A stretch of 64,000 nt of DNA from Squalus acanthias (taxonomy: Eukaryota), in NCBI GenBank assembly GCA_030390025.1, contig CM059434.1, positions 79,422,001 through 79,486,000 on the forward strand. The letters are read 5' to 3'. A program made the position numbers and the translations under genes. Below, one piece after another: positions 63,786-64,000 of the stretch. Position 1 is the first letter of the stretch. The number at the start of each line of letters is the position of its first letter. The notes under the pieces were generated by a model, which saw nothing but the letters and a program-made list of their open reading frames with translations, was not told the DNA's origin and did no database searches.

Positions 63786-64000
63786 ATATGTTGACAAGAG
63801 CTGTAAATTCCTCCTGTTTTCCTACCCAGTTACTGTGGCATGGGTTGTTGTGACACCCTCCGTGTATTATCGAGGAGGGCAAACTATTGCTATTCTAGTT
63901 ACAATTGGAGGCTATGGTGGGAGAGTTAGAGTACAAGAGGGATGAGCTTTAATAGGCTGAATGATTTTCTCTTATCCCTGCCTTTTCTAAGAAAAATGTA

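Noticed and set aside
60339-63945. Up to 992-aa Ser/His/Leu/Thr ORFs
   Set aside because: CA/CT simple repeat with N gaps; not coding.

Overview
Repeat-dense vertebrate genomic DNA, most likely from a cartilaginous fish (shark-type CR1 LINEs, V-SINEs, Deu-domain SINEs and Penelope palindromes). The main gene is a minus-strand PLEKHG7-like RhoGEF (DH+PH). I could read 14 coding exons between 36981 and 5052 with GT-AG sites and consistent phases, ending in ...NESSEI*; the extreme 5' exons are unresolved. Positions 1-1100 look like the terminal exon/3'UTR of a convergent plus-strand gene. The rest is mostly transposon-derived: CR1, L2 and RTE LINE fragments, several SINE families, PIF/Harbinger-like MITEs with 3-bp TSDs, a Tigger-like MITE, hAT-like elements, a 1.24-kb solo LTR, Penelope-type palindromes with hammerhead cores, a 21-bp G-rich minisatellite and a CA/CT array with two gaps. 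Most notable: (i) a 3.3-kb APE+RT LINE that begins with a tRNA-derived Pol III head and whose two ends, joined, make up a SINE family that is common in this window; (ii) an intact CR1 RT ORF fused in frame to an ATG and promoter-like motifs of the Harbinger MITE it inserted into; (iii) near-identical inverted V-SINEs flanking a 582-nt, phase-0 exon block. Family assignments come from recalled consensus motifs, not database searches, and repeat boundaries without a TSD are approximate.
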